A stretch of DNA of 63,602 bases, counting the filler, from Octopus bimaculoides (taxonomy: Eukaryota): the NCBI RefSeq assembly GCF_001194135.2. It is 6 parts of 5 records of this genome, joined end to end, with 100 filler letters (N's around TTAATTAATTAA, not from the genome) between each part and the next. Parts side by side here need not be neighbours in the genome. Positions count along the whole stretch, not along the records: positions 49,384 to 59,534 come from NC_068986.1; positions 59,635 to 61,403 come from NC_068999.1; positions 61,504 to 63,602 come from NC_068992.1; 3 more parts are not named here. The stretch is one strand, 5' to 3'. The translations under genes and the position numbers were made by a program. The stretch's first letter is position 1. Every line of letters begins with the position of its first letter. Of the stretch, positions 51,600-63,602 are shown in pieces. The notes beneath the pieces are model-generated. The model did no database searches and was not told the origin of the DNA. It saw only the letters and a list, made by a program, of their open reading frames with translations.

Positions 51600-54500
51600 G
51601 GAAACTTGATAATTTTATTCATTACCCCATAATGCCAGAATACTTTCCTTGTAGAAATACGGGAACATATATATTTAAACTCTCTTTAAAAGCAATTCGA
51701 CAATGACAAGGGCATATGCGCCATCTAATGACGAAAAAGTTTCTTTCTACCATGCTTTGAAGCGCATTATAAGAAACATCCCTAGGGCAGACAAAGTCAT
51801 CGTACTGGGTGACTTTAATGCTAGAGTGGGTAGGGATTTTAACACATGGACAGTAATTGGAAAGCATGGGGTGGGAAAGTGTAATAGTAATGGTATGCTT
51901 CTGCTGCAGATGTGCGAGGAGCTGCATCTGTGTGTTACCAATACCATGTTTCAGCAAAAGAATAAGTTTAAGACCACATGGATGCACCCTGCATCTAAAG
52001 AATGGCATATTCTGGATTACATCCTTGTTAGGATGCGTGACAGGCGCGATGTGCGGTGTGTACATGTTCTTCGTGGAGCTGAGTGTTGGACTGACCACCG
52101 CCTGGTACGTGCAAAAGTCAAATTAATCACAAAATGTAAAATCAGGGCTGCAGGTATTACCCTGCCTAAAAGACTGAATGTTGCTCGTCTTAGTTTTAAT
52201 GGCGTGAAGAGAACTTTACGAGAGGAAATGAATGTTGCAGATTTTGGGGAAGATTGGTCGACCCTCAAAAAGTCAGTTTATGATATAGGCAGGAAAGTTC
52301 TGGGATTGTTACAAAGAAAGCATCAAGATTGGTTTAAAGAAAATGATGAACATATAGATGATTTATTGACTGCTAAAAGACGTACTTTGTCACGNNNNNN
52401 NNNNNNNNNNNNNNNNNNNNNNNNNNNNNNNNNNNNNNNNNNNNNNNNNNNNNNNNNNNNNNNNNNNNNNNNNNNNNNNNNNNNNNNNNNNNNNNNNNNN
52501 NNNNNNNNNNNNNNNNNNNNNNNNNNNNNNNNNNNNNNNNNNNNNNNNNNNNNNNNNNNNNNNNNNNNNNNNNNNNNNNNNNNNNNNNNNNNNNNNNNNN
52601 NNNNNNNNNNNNNNNNNNNNNNNNNNNNNNNNNNNNNNNNNNNNNNNNNNNNNNNNNNNNNCAAAGGTGGCAAGAACACTTTGATGAACTCTTGAATCAG
52701 CAGTCTATAGTTAGTGAGAATGTTCTCAATCGCATCCCTGAATTACCTGTGAGAGCAGCTCTTGCAGAGCTACCTATGCTGGAAGAAGTCGCAGTGGCTG
52801 TCTCAAGGATGGATAATGAGAGGTCTCCGGGTATGGATGGCATTCATGCAGAGTTGTTGCAGCATGGTGGTGAGAAACTTCTACAGTAACTTCATTCCTT
52901 GTTTGGCAGGATATGGGATAGTGAATCTGTACCTGAGGAGTGGAGAGATACAGCAATGGTGGTCTTATATAAGGGAAAGGGTAACAGGAATGATTGTGGT
53001 AACTACAGGGGAATATCATTGCTTTCATTGAATATCATTGCTACAGGGGAATATCATTAGGAAAGGTTTTATGCAAGGTACTTCTGGACCGTCTGCTGAA
53101 ACACGTTGCAGATTGTGTTCTTCCAGAAAGTCAATCTGGTTTTCGTGTGGGACGCGGCACTGCTGATGTGATCTTTTCAGCTAGACAACTTCAGGAAAAG
53201 TGTGTGGAACAGAGTCTCGATGTATATCAGGTTTTTGTCGATCTGACAAAGGCCTTTGAAACAGTTAATAGAAAAGCACTATGGAAAGTCCTCCAGAAAC
53301 TTGGTTGTCCTGAAAAGTTCCTTGCTGTGGTTAGGTCTTTTAATGAAGACATGAAGCGTAAGGTTAATGTTAGAGGTAAAATGTCGGAGCCCATTTCAAT
53401 ACAAAATGGAGTGAAGCAAGGGAATATTCTGGCACCGACTCTATTCGCCATATATTTTGCGATGGTTTTTTTTTATTGCATTCAGAAATTGTAGATATGG
53501 TGTCTACATCCATTATTGAACCTCTAGCAGCATATTTAATATCAGGCGCTTTGCTGCAAAAACAAAGGTATTTACCTCTATCATAAGAGACCTTTTTATG
53601 CAGATGATTGTGATTTAGTAGCGCACATAGAGATTGATATGTAACACATTTTGAATGCATTCTCTGTTGCTTGCACTGCCTTAGGAATGATAGTCAATCT
53701 CAAGAAAACTGTTGTCATGTACCAACCTGCCCCTGATAAGCAGTATATTGAACCAAATATCTATGTGTATGGTAGAAGACTTGGTGTAGTCGATCAGTTT
53801 GTCTACCTGGGAAGCACTGTTGATAGATATGGCAATTTGGACAATGAAATTCCATACAGAATTAGGAAAGCAAGTGATGCTTTCGGAAGGCTGGAAAGGC
53901 GTCTCTGGGGTCGGCGAGACATATGCAGGAAGACAAAGATAAAGATGTACAAGGCGTGTGTACTCTCTTCTCTTTTTTATGCCTGCGAGACCTGGGTCAC
54001 ATATCGATACCACTTTAAACAACTGGAACGTTTCCATCAGATGTGTCTCCGACGGATCTATGGCATTAAGTGGGAGGACCGCATCAGTGATCTTGAGATA
54101 TTGGAAAGCTTTCGGTGTGAAAGAATCTCTTGTGTTGAAGCAAAGGCTCAGATGGAGTGGTCATCTGGCCAGGATGAAAGATTCATGGATGCCAAAACAA
54201 CTCTTTTATGGAGAGATAGCTAAAGGAGAACGATCTCCACATAACCCAAAAAAGAGATATAAAGACTTGCTGAAGGTTTCTTTGAGAGATGCCAACATCT
54301 CTCCTAACACGTGGGAAGGCATGGCTATTGACCGTGGCAGGTGGAGAAGGATTGTACATGAGGGAACAACTGCTTTTGAGAAATCACGAATTGCACATGA
54401 GAAATTAAGGAGGGATGTCAGGAAGGGCATTGTTGTTGCACTTCCAGATGGTAAGGATCTTCCTATGACACTGACATGCAGTATCTGTGCAAGACCGTGC

Positions 54501-55140
54501 CTCAGTAAAGCTGGACTCATGAGTCATCTTCGTAGTCATAAAGCAAGACCGATGATTGACTACCCGGTCGCTGGTGATGATGCTACACACCATACTAATC
54601 ATGTCTGTCGGGCATGTGGAAGGGAGTGTGATTCAGCAGGAGGACTTAAACGACACGCAAAGGTACATGGAGCCCAACTACAACAACAGCCAGCTATTGC
54701 CAGTAAAGGTTTTGGATGCCAACTCTGTGCAAGACATTGTAGATCTTTGGCTGGGCTAAAAAGTCACATTTGATCACAGCACCGTTAAATTAAGCTTCGT
54801 GCNNNNNNNNNNAGCTGGACTCATGAGTCATCTTCGTAGTCATAAAGCAAGACCGATGATTGACTACCCGGTCGCTGGTGATGATGCTACACACCATACT
54901 AATCATGTCTGTCGGGCATGTGGAAGGGAGTGTGATTCAGCAGGAGGACTTAAACGACACGCAAAGGTACATGGAGCCCAACTACAACAACAGCCAGCTA
55001 TTGCCAGTAAAGGTTTTGGATGCCAACTCTGTGCAAGACATTGTAGATCTTTGGCTGGGCTAAAAAGTCACATTTGATCACAGCACCGTTAAATTAAGCT
55101 TCGTGCAATGGCCATACTCGATAACGAGGGGGAAGCCATC
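51600..55140 (+). mobile_element. RTE-clade LINE, near full ORF but frameshifted, with three C-terminal C2H2 zinc fingers
   Basis: APE domain (AYAPS, VIVLGDFNARVG, WMHPASKEWHILDYI, TDHRLV), RT (SPGMDGI, YRGISL, SQSGFR.GRGT.D, FVDLTKAFETV, GVKQG.ILAPTLF, LFYADD), RLRWSGH and three fingers at 54471-54782. 54813-55106 repeats the 3' end across a 10-N gap. Confidence 0.93.
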
Positions 55141-55164
55141 ATATATATACATATATATATATGT

Positions 55165-57440
55165 TCTATATTTGTGAAAAGTGCGTACGCTGTCTCGCGT
55201 GCAGTTGTGCAGGCAAAAGTGTTAGTAAATGTGATCGGATTGAGCTGAAAATTTGCACGTCTGTGGGGAACATGCTAGCGAGTATGTATGGCAAATTTCA
55301 GTCTCCTCCAGTGCAAGGCGTGGCCGCTAGGGCAAAATTCATCGTCTTCAAAAGGAATTTGAAAAGTGTTTGTCGTTTCTCTCTTTCGGCAATCACCCTT
55401 TCTCCCTCGATCTCTCTTTTGCCTCCCTTCCCCCCACTTTCTATCTGTAACGACGTTTGACAGCTTCCACTATCTCTCTTTCCCTCATTTTCTACGCCGT
55501 CTCTTTATCGTTCTTTCTCCCACCGTCTCTCTCTCGCTCTCTCTATACGTCTGTCTGTTTCTATAGGGAGAAAGCGTTGACAGACGTAAGTTGAGCGGAA
55601 TAAAATAGTATATAATTATATTGTGTCGAATATACGTTTTACTCTCTCGAAGTTTAAATATTCCCGCCACAGGGCTTTTAGAACAGTGAATTATTATCGC
55701 TCTCCACCACCGCACAATCATGATAACAAATATTATTAATCAGATATTTATTGTGTTAATTTATATATGTATATATATATGTGCATATATATAAATATAT
55801 ATATGCGTGTATACATATATAAAGTGTACATATCTATATTTATATATATATAAGTAGAAAAGGAATTTAGTTCCTATTTCTAAATTTGGTGCGTGATGAA
55901 GCAATTAGTTGACCCCTAATTATAATTATGTTTATAATTATAGAATATTTGTATAATTTTATCTAAAAAAAACGGTTATTTTAACGTACCTTGGTAAAAT
56001 TATTGATTATTAATTAATTGATTAATTAATTTTACCCTTTTATTATTGATATTAAAATTATAATTTACGCCCTGATCGAAATCTGCAGTTTCTGCGGGAT
56101 TGCTCATAACACGCACGTGGGTGGGGATTGAGGATAAATATATGTTCACATTCGGCTGCATAATTTTGGAAGTGTTGGCTGAATATCAGTTATGCGATGG
56201 CGCTCGATCGCGTACATATTTAATCTTAACACTCTCAAATTTATGTCTTGAAATGCTGCACTGCAAATGAGAAATAAGAAAGTAAATATAACTTTACTTT
56301 AATCTCGAAACGCGTATGTAGCTAATCTGAGTTGTGTGGATTCGTTATTTTTTCTTTTTGCCTACGTAAAAAAGTGTGTTACTGTCTGGGAGATTTTTAC
56401 GGTAGTAGAAAAGGAATTTAGTTCCTATTTCTAAATTCGGTGCGTAGTGAAGCAATTAGCTGACTCCTCATTATAATTATGTTTATAATTATAGAATATT
56501 TATATTTAATGCGTATGTATATATAATGTGTGCATATAATGTATGCATATGTGGTCGGATTGAGCTGAAAATTTGCACACCTATGTTAAAAGTGCTGGTG
56601 GGTTGGCATGGCAACTTTGAGTTTACTCAATTGAAAGGCGTGGCTTCTAGGGCAAAATTCCTCATCTTTTAAAATATGGCCCGAGTAGACCCGAATGAAA
56701 TCGGGTTATAATACCGAAACAAATAAAACAATAAAAAACCTATGCCATTTTAATCTCGAGCAAGGTCGGGTAACTCAGTATGTCTACTATATATTTGTGA
56801 AAAGGTCGGACGTTGTCTCACAAGCAGTTGTACTGGCAAATGTTAGTAAATTTGCACACCTATGTTAAAAGCGCTGGAGAATTTGCATGGCAACTTTGTG
56901 TTTGCTCAACTCCAAGGCAAAAAAAGATTCTCTTCGATCGACTTGGGGCTGTGGAGGTCGTACTTTTGCGCGATTTCAATAAAACGCACGACTGCATGAT
57001 TCGCAGTCTCTTTTGTATCAAATGCATGCAAAAAGTTTTGGAAATTTTCGCAAAGCACGCAAGATGTATTCAAAAAACTTTTAATGGTCACTTTTTTTTT
57101 TTGTTGCAGCTGCTTAAAACTTATTGGGCGCTTGCTTCTGTCAGTTTGCATTTTTTTTTCTAAACAAAAATGGTATCTGCATGTAGAGTGTGATGAGATA
57201 CATTTTTCACATTTTGAATCATTCAAAAATTCCGGCGATAGACCCGAGTAGACTGGAATGAAATCGGGTTATAATAACGAGACAAGTAAAACAATAATAA
57301 ACTATTTTAATCCCGAGCAAGGACGGGTTTCTCTGCTATTCTAATATATATTTGTGAAAAGGGCGGACGTTGTCTCACATGCAGTTGTGTAGGCAAAAGT
57401 GTTAGTAAATGTGGTCAGATTGAGCTGAAAATTTGCACAC
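55165..57440 (+). mobile_element. Tandem array of non-autonomous Helitron-type units
   Basis: Units start TC(TA)TATATTTGTGAAAAG at about 55165, 56783 and 57340. The first two end with a cccgagcaagg.cggg hairpin plus a degenerate CTAG. Confidence 0.7.
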
Positions 57441-57442
57441 CT

Positions 57443-57835
57443 TTTGAATTCCTCACCACCCCACTACCTCCCGGACTTCTACCTCATGACCTTAGACTGA
57501 AGGTTGGTGTTCCTGTTGTGCTCTTGAGGAACGTGTAACCACCAAAACTATGTAGCGGTACGCGTCTGATCATCAAAAAAATTGGGACTTTAATTCTGAC
57601 GACAACCATTCTGAACGGACCATCTGCTGGCGTGACAAAGTTATTAATTGCCATGAGCCTTAGTCTCTCTGACGTGCCATTTAAATTTACGCGACGGCAG
57701 TTTCCTGTAAAAGGCACAGGGACAGTCGTTACAAGTTTCTGGCCTAAATCTAGCACAGCAGGTATTTACCTACAGTCAACTATGCGTCGGATGCTCCCGT
57801 GTCGACAATCCACATAATCCCTTCATTTGTGGTAA
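57443..57835 (+). pseudogene. Helitron RepHel PIF1-helicase C-terminal fragment
   Basis: FEFLTTPLPPGLLPHDLRLKVGVPVVLLRNV*PPKLCSGTRL...SDVPFKFTRRQFPV, then after a frameshift AQGQSLQVSGLNL...SQLCVGCSRV. These are the LKVG.P..LLRN, CNGTRL, QFP, SQGQSL and GQLYVA.SRV motifs. Confidence 0.88.
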
Positions 57836-58789
57836 TTTGGCGCCTATTTCAAGGAGATTTAGCAACCATATAAAGGCTAATTTCTAATAGAGTTATGTCA
57901 AATTTGCATCTCTTTAGTCAGCTTAACTATAATTATTTAACATGTTATTACATGTCTAAATATTTTACTAGCTTTAATGGATCATTTTGTATATAAAACT
58001 GACAAAAAAATCCATTTATGAAAGAGAAGTTTGAACATGTCGATAAAGAATATATTAGTTTAAAATTTGGAACAAGGACAGCAAGTTTGGGGGAAGGGGT
58101 ATGACGCTTACATCAACCCCAGTACTCGATTGATACTTATATTATCGACCCCGAAAAAAAATGAAAGGAAAAATCGACCTTGGTCTTATTTTGAACTCAA
58201 AATGTATAGATGTACGGACGTGCAAACTATTCTGCCAGCTAGCCTCCATGAGTAAAGACTATATTCCTTTCTATTATAGATACAAGTCCTGAACATTTTT
58301 TTGGCAACGGCGGGTTAGTCAATAAGTTCCTCTGTACTAATTTTATCAACCCCGAAAAAAAATGAAAGGCAAAGTCGACATCAGCAGAGTTTGAAATCAG
58401 AACGTAAAGACGGACAAAATGCTTAGCAGCATTTTGTCCGGCGTGCTAACGATTCTACCAGTTCGCCGCCTTCGGTAATGAATATGCTAAGATATATTTG
58501 AGCATTTGAGTAAATGTTATTCTTTCAGATTCATTAGAAATAAAATTATTACTTGTTTCATTTATTAAATCGTGGCCATATTGGGGCACACCACTGAAAA
58601 GTTTAGATGTGCAATCTGACTACAGTATTTGATTTGTTATTTTTCAAATCCAGGCTCTTTTTCTATCAAACCTATATTACTGAACTACAAAATAACGGAA
58701 ATATAAACCAACAGCAGTTGTCAAGTTGTTTCCAGTACCTCAATGTAGGCGGTGGAGTTAACTGTAAGGCTTTGTGGAAAGAAGTAAGG

Positions 58790-59511
58790 AAGTATCACAT
58801 GCCCTTCATTGCAGACAACCCCTAAAACCATGACAGTTGCAGGAAACTTTGTATGCATAACACTTGGAACTTCAGAAGTGTCTGAACATCACCATCTGCC
58901 ATTTCTTCTGTTAATTTTTTGACCCTGGTCGAAGTTTTTCTCGTTTGAGAAAAACCAAATCAAATCTTATTCTGCCGGATTTTTCAGTTTGTTTAAGAAC
59001 ATTATAGATCTGATGTAGTGATTTTCTTTTGCTTGTTCTGACAAGTGGACCTTTCCTCATCATATAAGACTTATATCTGATGTCTCCGTGGACGACATAT
59101 CTGACTTTTCCTTCTGCAATTTCTGACTGTTCCTTTTGTAATTGACCTCATGGACCTTCAGGGATTGTAATCAATGGTCTGTTGAATTTGCTGGTTAAAT
59201 TCAAGTGTTCTGGTGATTTCAGAGCGTTTATAATGCTTTTTATGCTTTGCTACTGGGGATAAATTTCCATCTTCAGTCTCTAACTCATTACAAACTTTGT
59301 AGATGAAAGATCTGGCAACTTTTAAAAATGGAGGTATTTCTAAATCGTTATGATCAGCCTTTATAACCACAATAACAACATGCCTTCTCATTTCTTGAGT
59401 AAGCTGAGGGTCTGCCATTATTATATTCTGAAACAAAGATCATACAGAGTTTGCAAAAATTGCAGCAATGACCCAAAAATGTATGTCCTCAAATACCTTA
59501 CGCATCCTGTA
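58790..59511 (-). mobile_element. maT/DD37D-like mariner transposon, 5' part
   Basis: RRHVVIVVIKADHNDLEI..FLKVARSFIYKV...DIRYKSYMMRKG...WFFSNEKNFDQ...VMHTKFPATVMVLGVV. TIR-like TA-CAGGATG at about 59511. Confidence 0.8.
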
Positions 59512-60042
59512 TATAATATATATATATATATATANNNNNNNNNNNNNNNNNNNNNNNNNNNNNNNNNNNNNNNNNNNNTTAATTAATTAANNNNNNNNNN
59601 NNNNNNNNNNNNNNNNNNNNNNNNNNNNNNNNNNTTTTCGGATTCCTACCTTTAACAGAGATTCCGAATATGCAAAAATATTAACAGAATCTAATTTCAT
59701 CTTTATTCCATTTCACTTATGATTTTTAGACATTTTAAAGGGAGAGTGAGGATCGGAAAGTACTGACGTTTCGAAGAGAGAGAAAGATACAAACAATTCA
59801 CATATTCAGGCTCATCTCTACAGAGCCATTTTTTATTCCCTGCTTATTCTAGATCATTAGGGGTGATTGCATATTCAGAATCTTCCATATGTAAATCGTA
59901 GGAATACGAAAATTCTTTTACTGAAAAATTGCCAGTGGGGTGGGGGTGGGGAGAAATGCATTGCATGCCCAACCCCGGAGGTCACCGCACGCCACTGCTA
60001 TGTATATATGTCTGTGTATATATATTTGTATATGTGTGTATG

Positions 60043-60102
<60 letters not shown>

Positions 60103-60643
60103 AACGTACACACACACAAACACACACGTACACACCCATATGTGCACATGCATTTAAACACACACATTTATACAGTTCTATATTTAAGAGATGAGGAATT
60201 TATATGTATATATTATTCTTTAACAAGCAAAGCATTGAGAGTGACTTTAAAGTTTTGGCCTGCTAAACCATCAGTGAATTGTACACTAAAGACTTACCAG
60301 CATGAAATTTCGAAGTCCCTATCAATATTATTCATGTTAAGGTATAAGGAATACGTACTCTAGAAAAAATATTGAGAAACCCTTATTTAATGAAAAATTG
60401 TGTTTATTATAACTTGACATCATCTGTTTTCAAGTTAGGGGTTCAAATNNNNNNNNNNTATATATATATGTATTCATACATACATACACACACACTCACA
60501 TATGCATGCATATATATGCACACATACACAGATACATGTTTATTTATGTATTAAATATATGTCATATATATGTGTGTGGATGTGTTGTGTGTGTGTGTGT
60601 GTTTTGTGTGTGTATATGTACGGGGTGAGATGGGTGAATTGTT

Positions 60644-60712
60644 GCCATATGGCGTAGTGGTTAAGAGCGCAAGCTACTAACCCCAAGATTCCGAGTTTGA
60701 TTCCAGGCAGTG
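60644..60712 (+). mobile_element. tRNA-derived Pol III head (A box and B box)
   Basis: TGGCGTAGTGG (consensus A box, 60650-60660) and GAGTTTGATTCC (B-box-like, 60693-60704), with tRNA-like spacing. Confidence 0.7.
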
Positions 60713-60802
60713 ACCTGAATAATAATAATAATAATAATGATAAGAAGAATAACATCAAAAAATACCTTCAGAACAAGAACCCAGGTTTGAAATTTCCCCC
60801 AA

Positions 60803-60848
60803 GACACCTGATGAAAGCTGGAAGGTATATCAGCTGAAACATTGTGTT
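60803..60848 (+). ncRNA. Minimal type-I hammerhead ribozyme motif
   Basis: GACAC-CUGAUGA-A-AGCUG(GAAGGUAUAU)CAGCU-GAAA-CAUU-GUGUU. The stem II closing pair is A-U here and G-C in the other copies, so pairing is preserved. Confidence 0.7.
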
Positions 60849-61503
60849 TACAACAAACAAGATGAGGACAAATAACCGTCAAATGTAAATAATGTAAATA
60901 ATGTAATTATATCTAAATATATGTGTCTATATATGTATGTATCAGAGGAGCGCACTCTCAGGCATGCAAAGTACGCGCTGCATCCTCTGTGATTTTTTAT
61001 CCATATCATCGGAAAATTCGATAAAATGTTCACTTTTTTTCAAAGAAACTCCGTTCAGGTGTTTTCGAAATATTCTGCCTCCCTTTCCCCCTCTCTCACT
61101 GACTCATTCATCTGCTTTGAGAAGACCACCTGACACCCTTCCCCCTCTCTCTCTTTGTTTGTGTACAATTGTTGCTAACCCCGTTCTGACCCAAACAAGA
61201 GCAATCCCATAATTCCTGAGTTAGCCAGATGAAATGTCGGATTAACCTGGCGGTAAGTTTGGATTTTTTTTTTTTTTATCCAAAACATCTGTTTGCACTA
61301 TTATATTTTTGGAGTGTTCTGAAAAAAAAATATTATCTATATTATATTTCTTATTTCAGGAGTAGCTAATTAATCTTTAATTAATTTTACTAACGTTATT
61401 TTTNNNNNNNNNNNNNNNNNNNNNNNNNNNNNNNNNNNNNNNNNNNNTTAATTAATTAANNNNNNNNNNNNNNNNNNNNNNNNNNNNNNNNNNNNNNNNN
61501 NNN

Positions 61504-61540
<37 letters not shown>

Positions 61541-62920
61541 GTGTATTTATAAGTGTATGTTCGTGTCTTTATGTTTGTCTTTATGTTTTTCTCTCGTCAC
61601 CACTTGACAACCGATGTTGGTGTGTTAACGTCTCCGTAACTTAGCCGTTTGGCAAATGAGACCTATAAAATAAGTACCAGGTTTTTAAAGTTAATAATTA
61701 CTGGCATCGATTTGTTCGACTAAAGTTCTTGAAAGTAGTGCACCAGCATGGTCGCTGTCCAATAACAAGCAGTTAAAGACAAAAGAGTGTAGTGGACCTT
61801 TGTCGTTCAACGAGGAGGATTCCGTTGTTCCATCAACTGAAGCATTTACTCCTGAAATTACGGTATAATTAACTAGCTGAGTATTTCTCAGACATGTGTA
61901 CTCTTAACGTAATTATCAGAGACGACCAGTTTGACAAACTAAGTGACAAGGCTGCACCTTCTAAATGACACGTTCACTCCATCGGTCAGGCTTCTCTACA
62001 GTTTCCATCTACCCAGTTTTATTCACTACGTATGGTTAGTCCAAGACTACAGAAAACGATATTTCCCTAAAATATTATGCAATGGTATCGAACTCGAGAA
62101 TTCAATGTCAGAAAGCGAACTTCTTAACGATTTTTTCATAATGGGCTTAACAACATTGAATAACATAATAATAATAAATACAAGGTATTGAATATTAAAT
62201 GGCAATGGCATGGCTGGAAAGCCTTTGATTATAGATCTACTTAATCAGGACTAAACAATAGCAGCAACAGTGGAAGCCCTTTCTTGTCCCACATTAACCC
62301 ATTTCATTAACCCAGTTCACTGTCTTCTAACTTATTTGTGCATATATTTGGTAACTTCAGTCATTGGACCACAGCCAAGCTGGGGCACCGTCTGGAAGGG
62401 TTTTATTTGAAGAGATCGAACCTAGTTCCTGTTCCTTTTAAGTCCGCTACTTACTCTATCGGCAATTTCGATATAAAAAAAAATTAACGTTTCACGGCGG
62501 TCTTTGTTCCCATGTCTGAAAGACCGTCCGTCTGATTGTAAGTTTGTCTGTTTGTCTGGCTGTCAGTCACTCTTCTGGATGAAAGCTTTTAATAAGATAA
62601 AAACGTTATTTGCTGCAAACATGGCCGACATTATAATTTAGGACAATTCACGCCATGTTTGATAAGACAATATTTAATCAAACAGCAGGTTTTTTTTACT
62701 GTGTTTACCGTTTATTTGTCCGTTTTACGTTACCTTTTAATCTTTGCGTTTTTGTTTGTCTATTTATGCTTGTTTTTGTTGGTTGTTGATTGTTGTTGCC
62801 GTTGTTGTTATTCGTTTTGTTATTGCTGTGAACATTGTTCGTTGGTATTTGAATATGCTCTATTCTCCCTCCCTACCTCTCGTTCCTTTCTCATTCCCTA
62901 TCAGCTCATCTCTTTCTCAG

Positions 62921-62967
<47 letters not shown>

Positions 62968-63560
62968 GTATATCCTTCTATCCCCCTCTCTCAGTCTATG
63001 TATGAACCTAGATAAATAGATAGACAGACATATATATACATATATACATACATATAAATACATATACATAGGTACACGCACATACGTACATACATACGTC
63101 CATACATACATACATACACACACATAGGTGCATACACAAACATACGGGGGAAACTCATAGATGATATATACATACATGCATGCATACACACACATACATA
63201 AATACATACACACACATATATATATACATATATACATACGTACATACATACATGCATACATACATACATGCATACATATACACACACATATATACATTGG
63301 CAGACAGTGAGAAAGAGAAGAGAGTGGAAGAGAAGGATGATTGGGAATATGGCATTGTGACTATAACGAGTGTATATTTACAGGAGTATTTAAAATGATA
63401 TAATTGGATTGATTCATCAAATTTATATACACGCGCGACAAATATGTATATGCACGTACGTATATTCAGAAGCGTCATTCATGTGTGTCCAGATGTGTAT
63501 GAAAATCGACATTTTGATTACGCAGGAGCGTGTGTGTATATTTAGGAAAAATACAGATAA

Positions 63561-63602
<42 letters not shown>

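Noticed and set aside
54813-55106. Second copy of the zinc-finger tail (ORF 54799-55077), suggesting five fingers
   Set aside because: It appears base-identical to 54510-54802, including the stop codon, and is separated by a 10-N gap, so it is an assembly overlap artefact.
60644-60712. Functional tRNA gene
   Set aside because: No convincing acceptor stem or poly-T terminator; it reads as a SINE-type head. No true tRNA, rRNA or CRISPR array was seen in the window.

Overview
AT-rich, gap-ridden animal genomic window dominated by microsatellites and transposons. The repeat families are most consistent with an octopus genome, which is inferred rather than proven. Five 100-bp spacers of the form N44-TTAATTAATTAA-N44 look like artificial contig joins, so adjacency across them is unverified. 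The only protein-coding gene I can support is folylpolyglutamate synthase (FPGS, minus strand): its last five exons lie at 15671-23007, splice in frame and end in a stop codon, while its 5' exons were not found. About 2.7 kb downstream of the FPGS stop is a compact NRF1/ETS/YY1 housekeeping-type promoter with a candidate first exon of a second minus-strand gene. The rest is decayed mobile DNA: several RTE LINEs (one with three C-terminal C2H2 fingers), a HERO/NeSL-type and a Dong/R4-type LINE relic, a Penelope-like relic, mariner and maT transposases, hAT/Tc1/piggyBac-type MITEs, a Helitron tandem array ending in a PIF1-helicase fragment, and at least three tRNA-derived SINE families. The most interesting signal is a dispersed ~200-bp repeat carrying a minimal type-I hammerhead ribozyme. 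It has four copies: two form an inverted pair, and one sits directly behind a tRNA-derived Pol III A/B-box head. All calls were made by eye with no database searches, and element boundaries are approximate unless a TIR, TSD or splice site is quoted.
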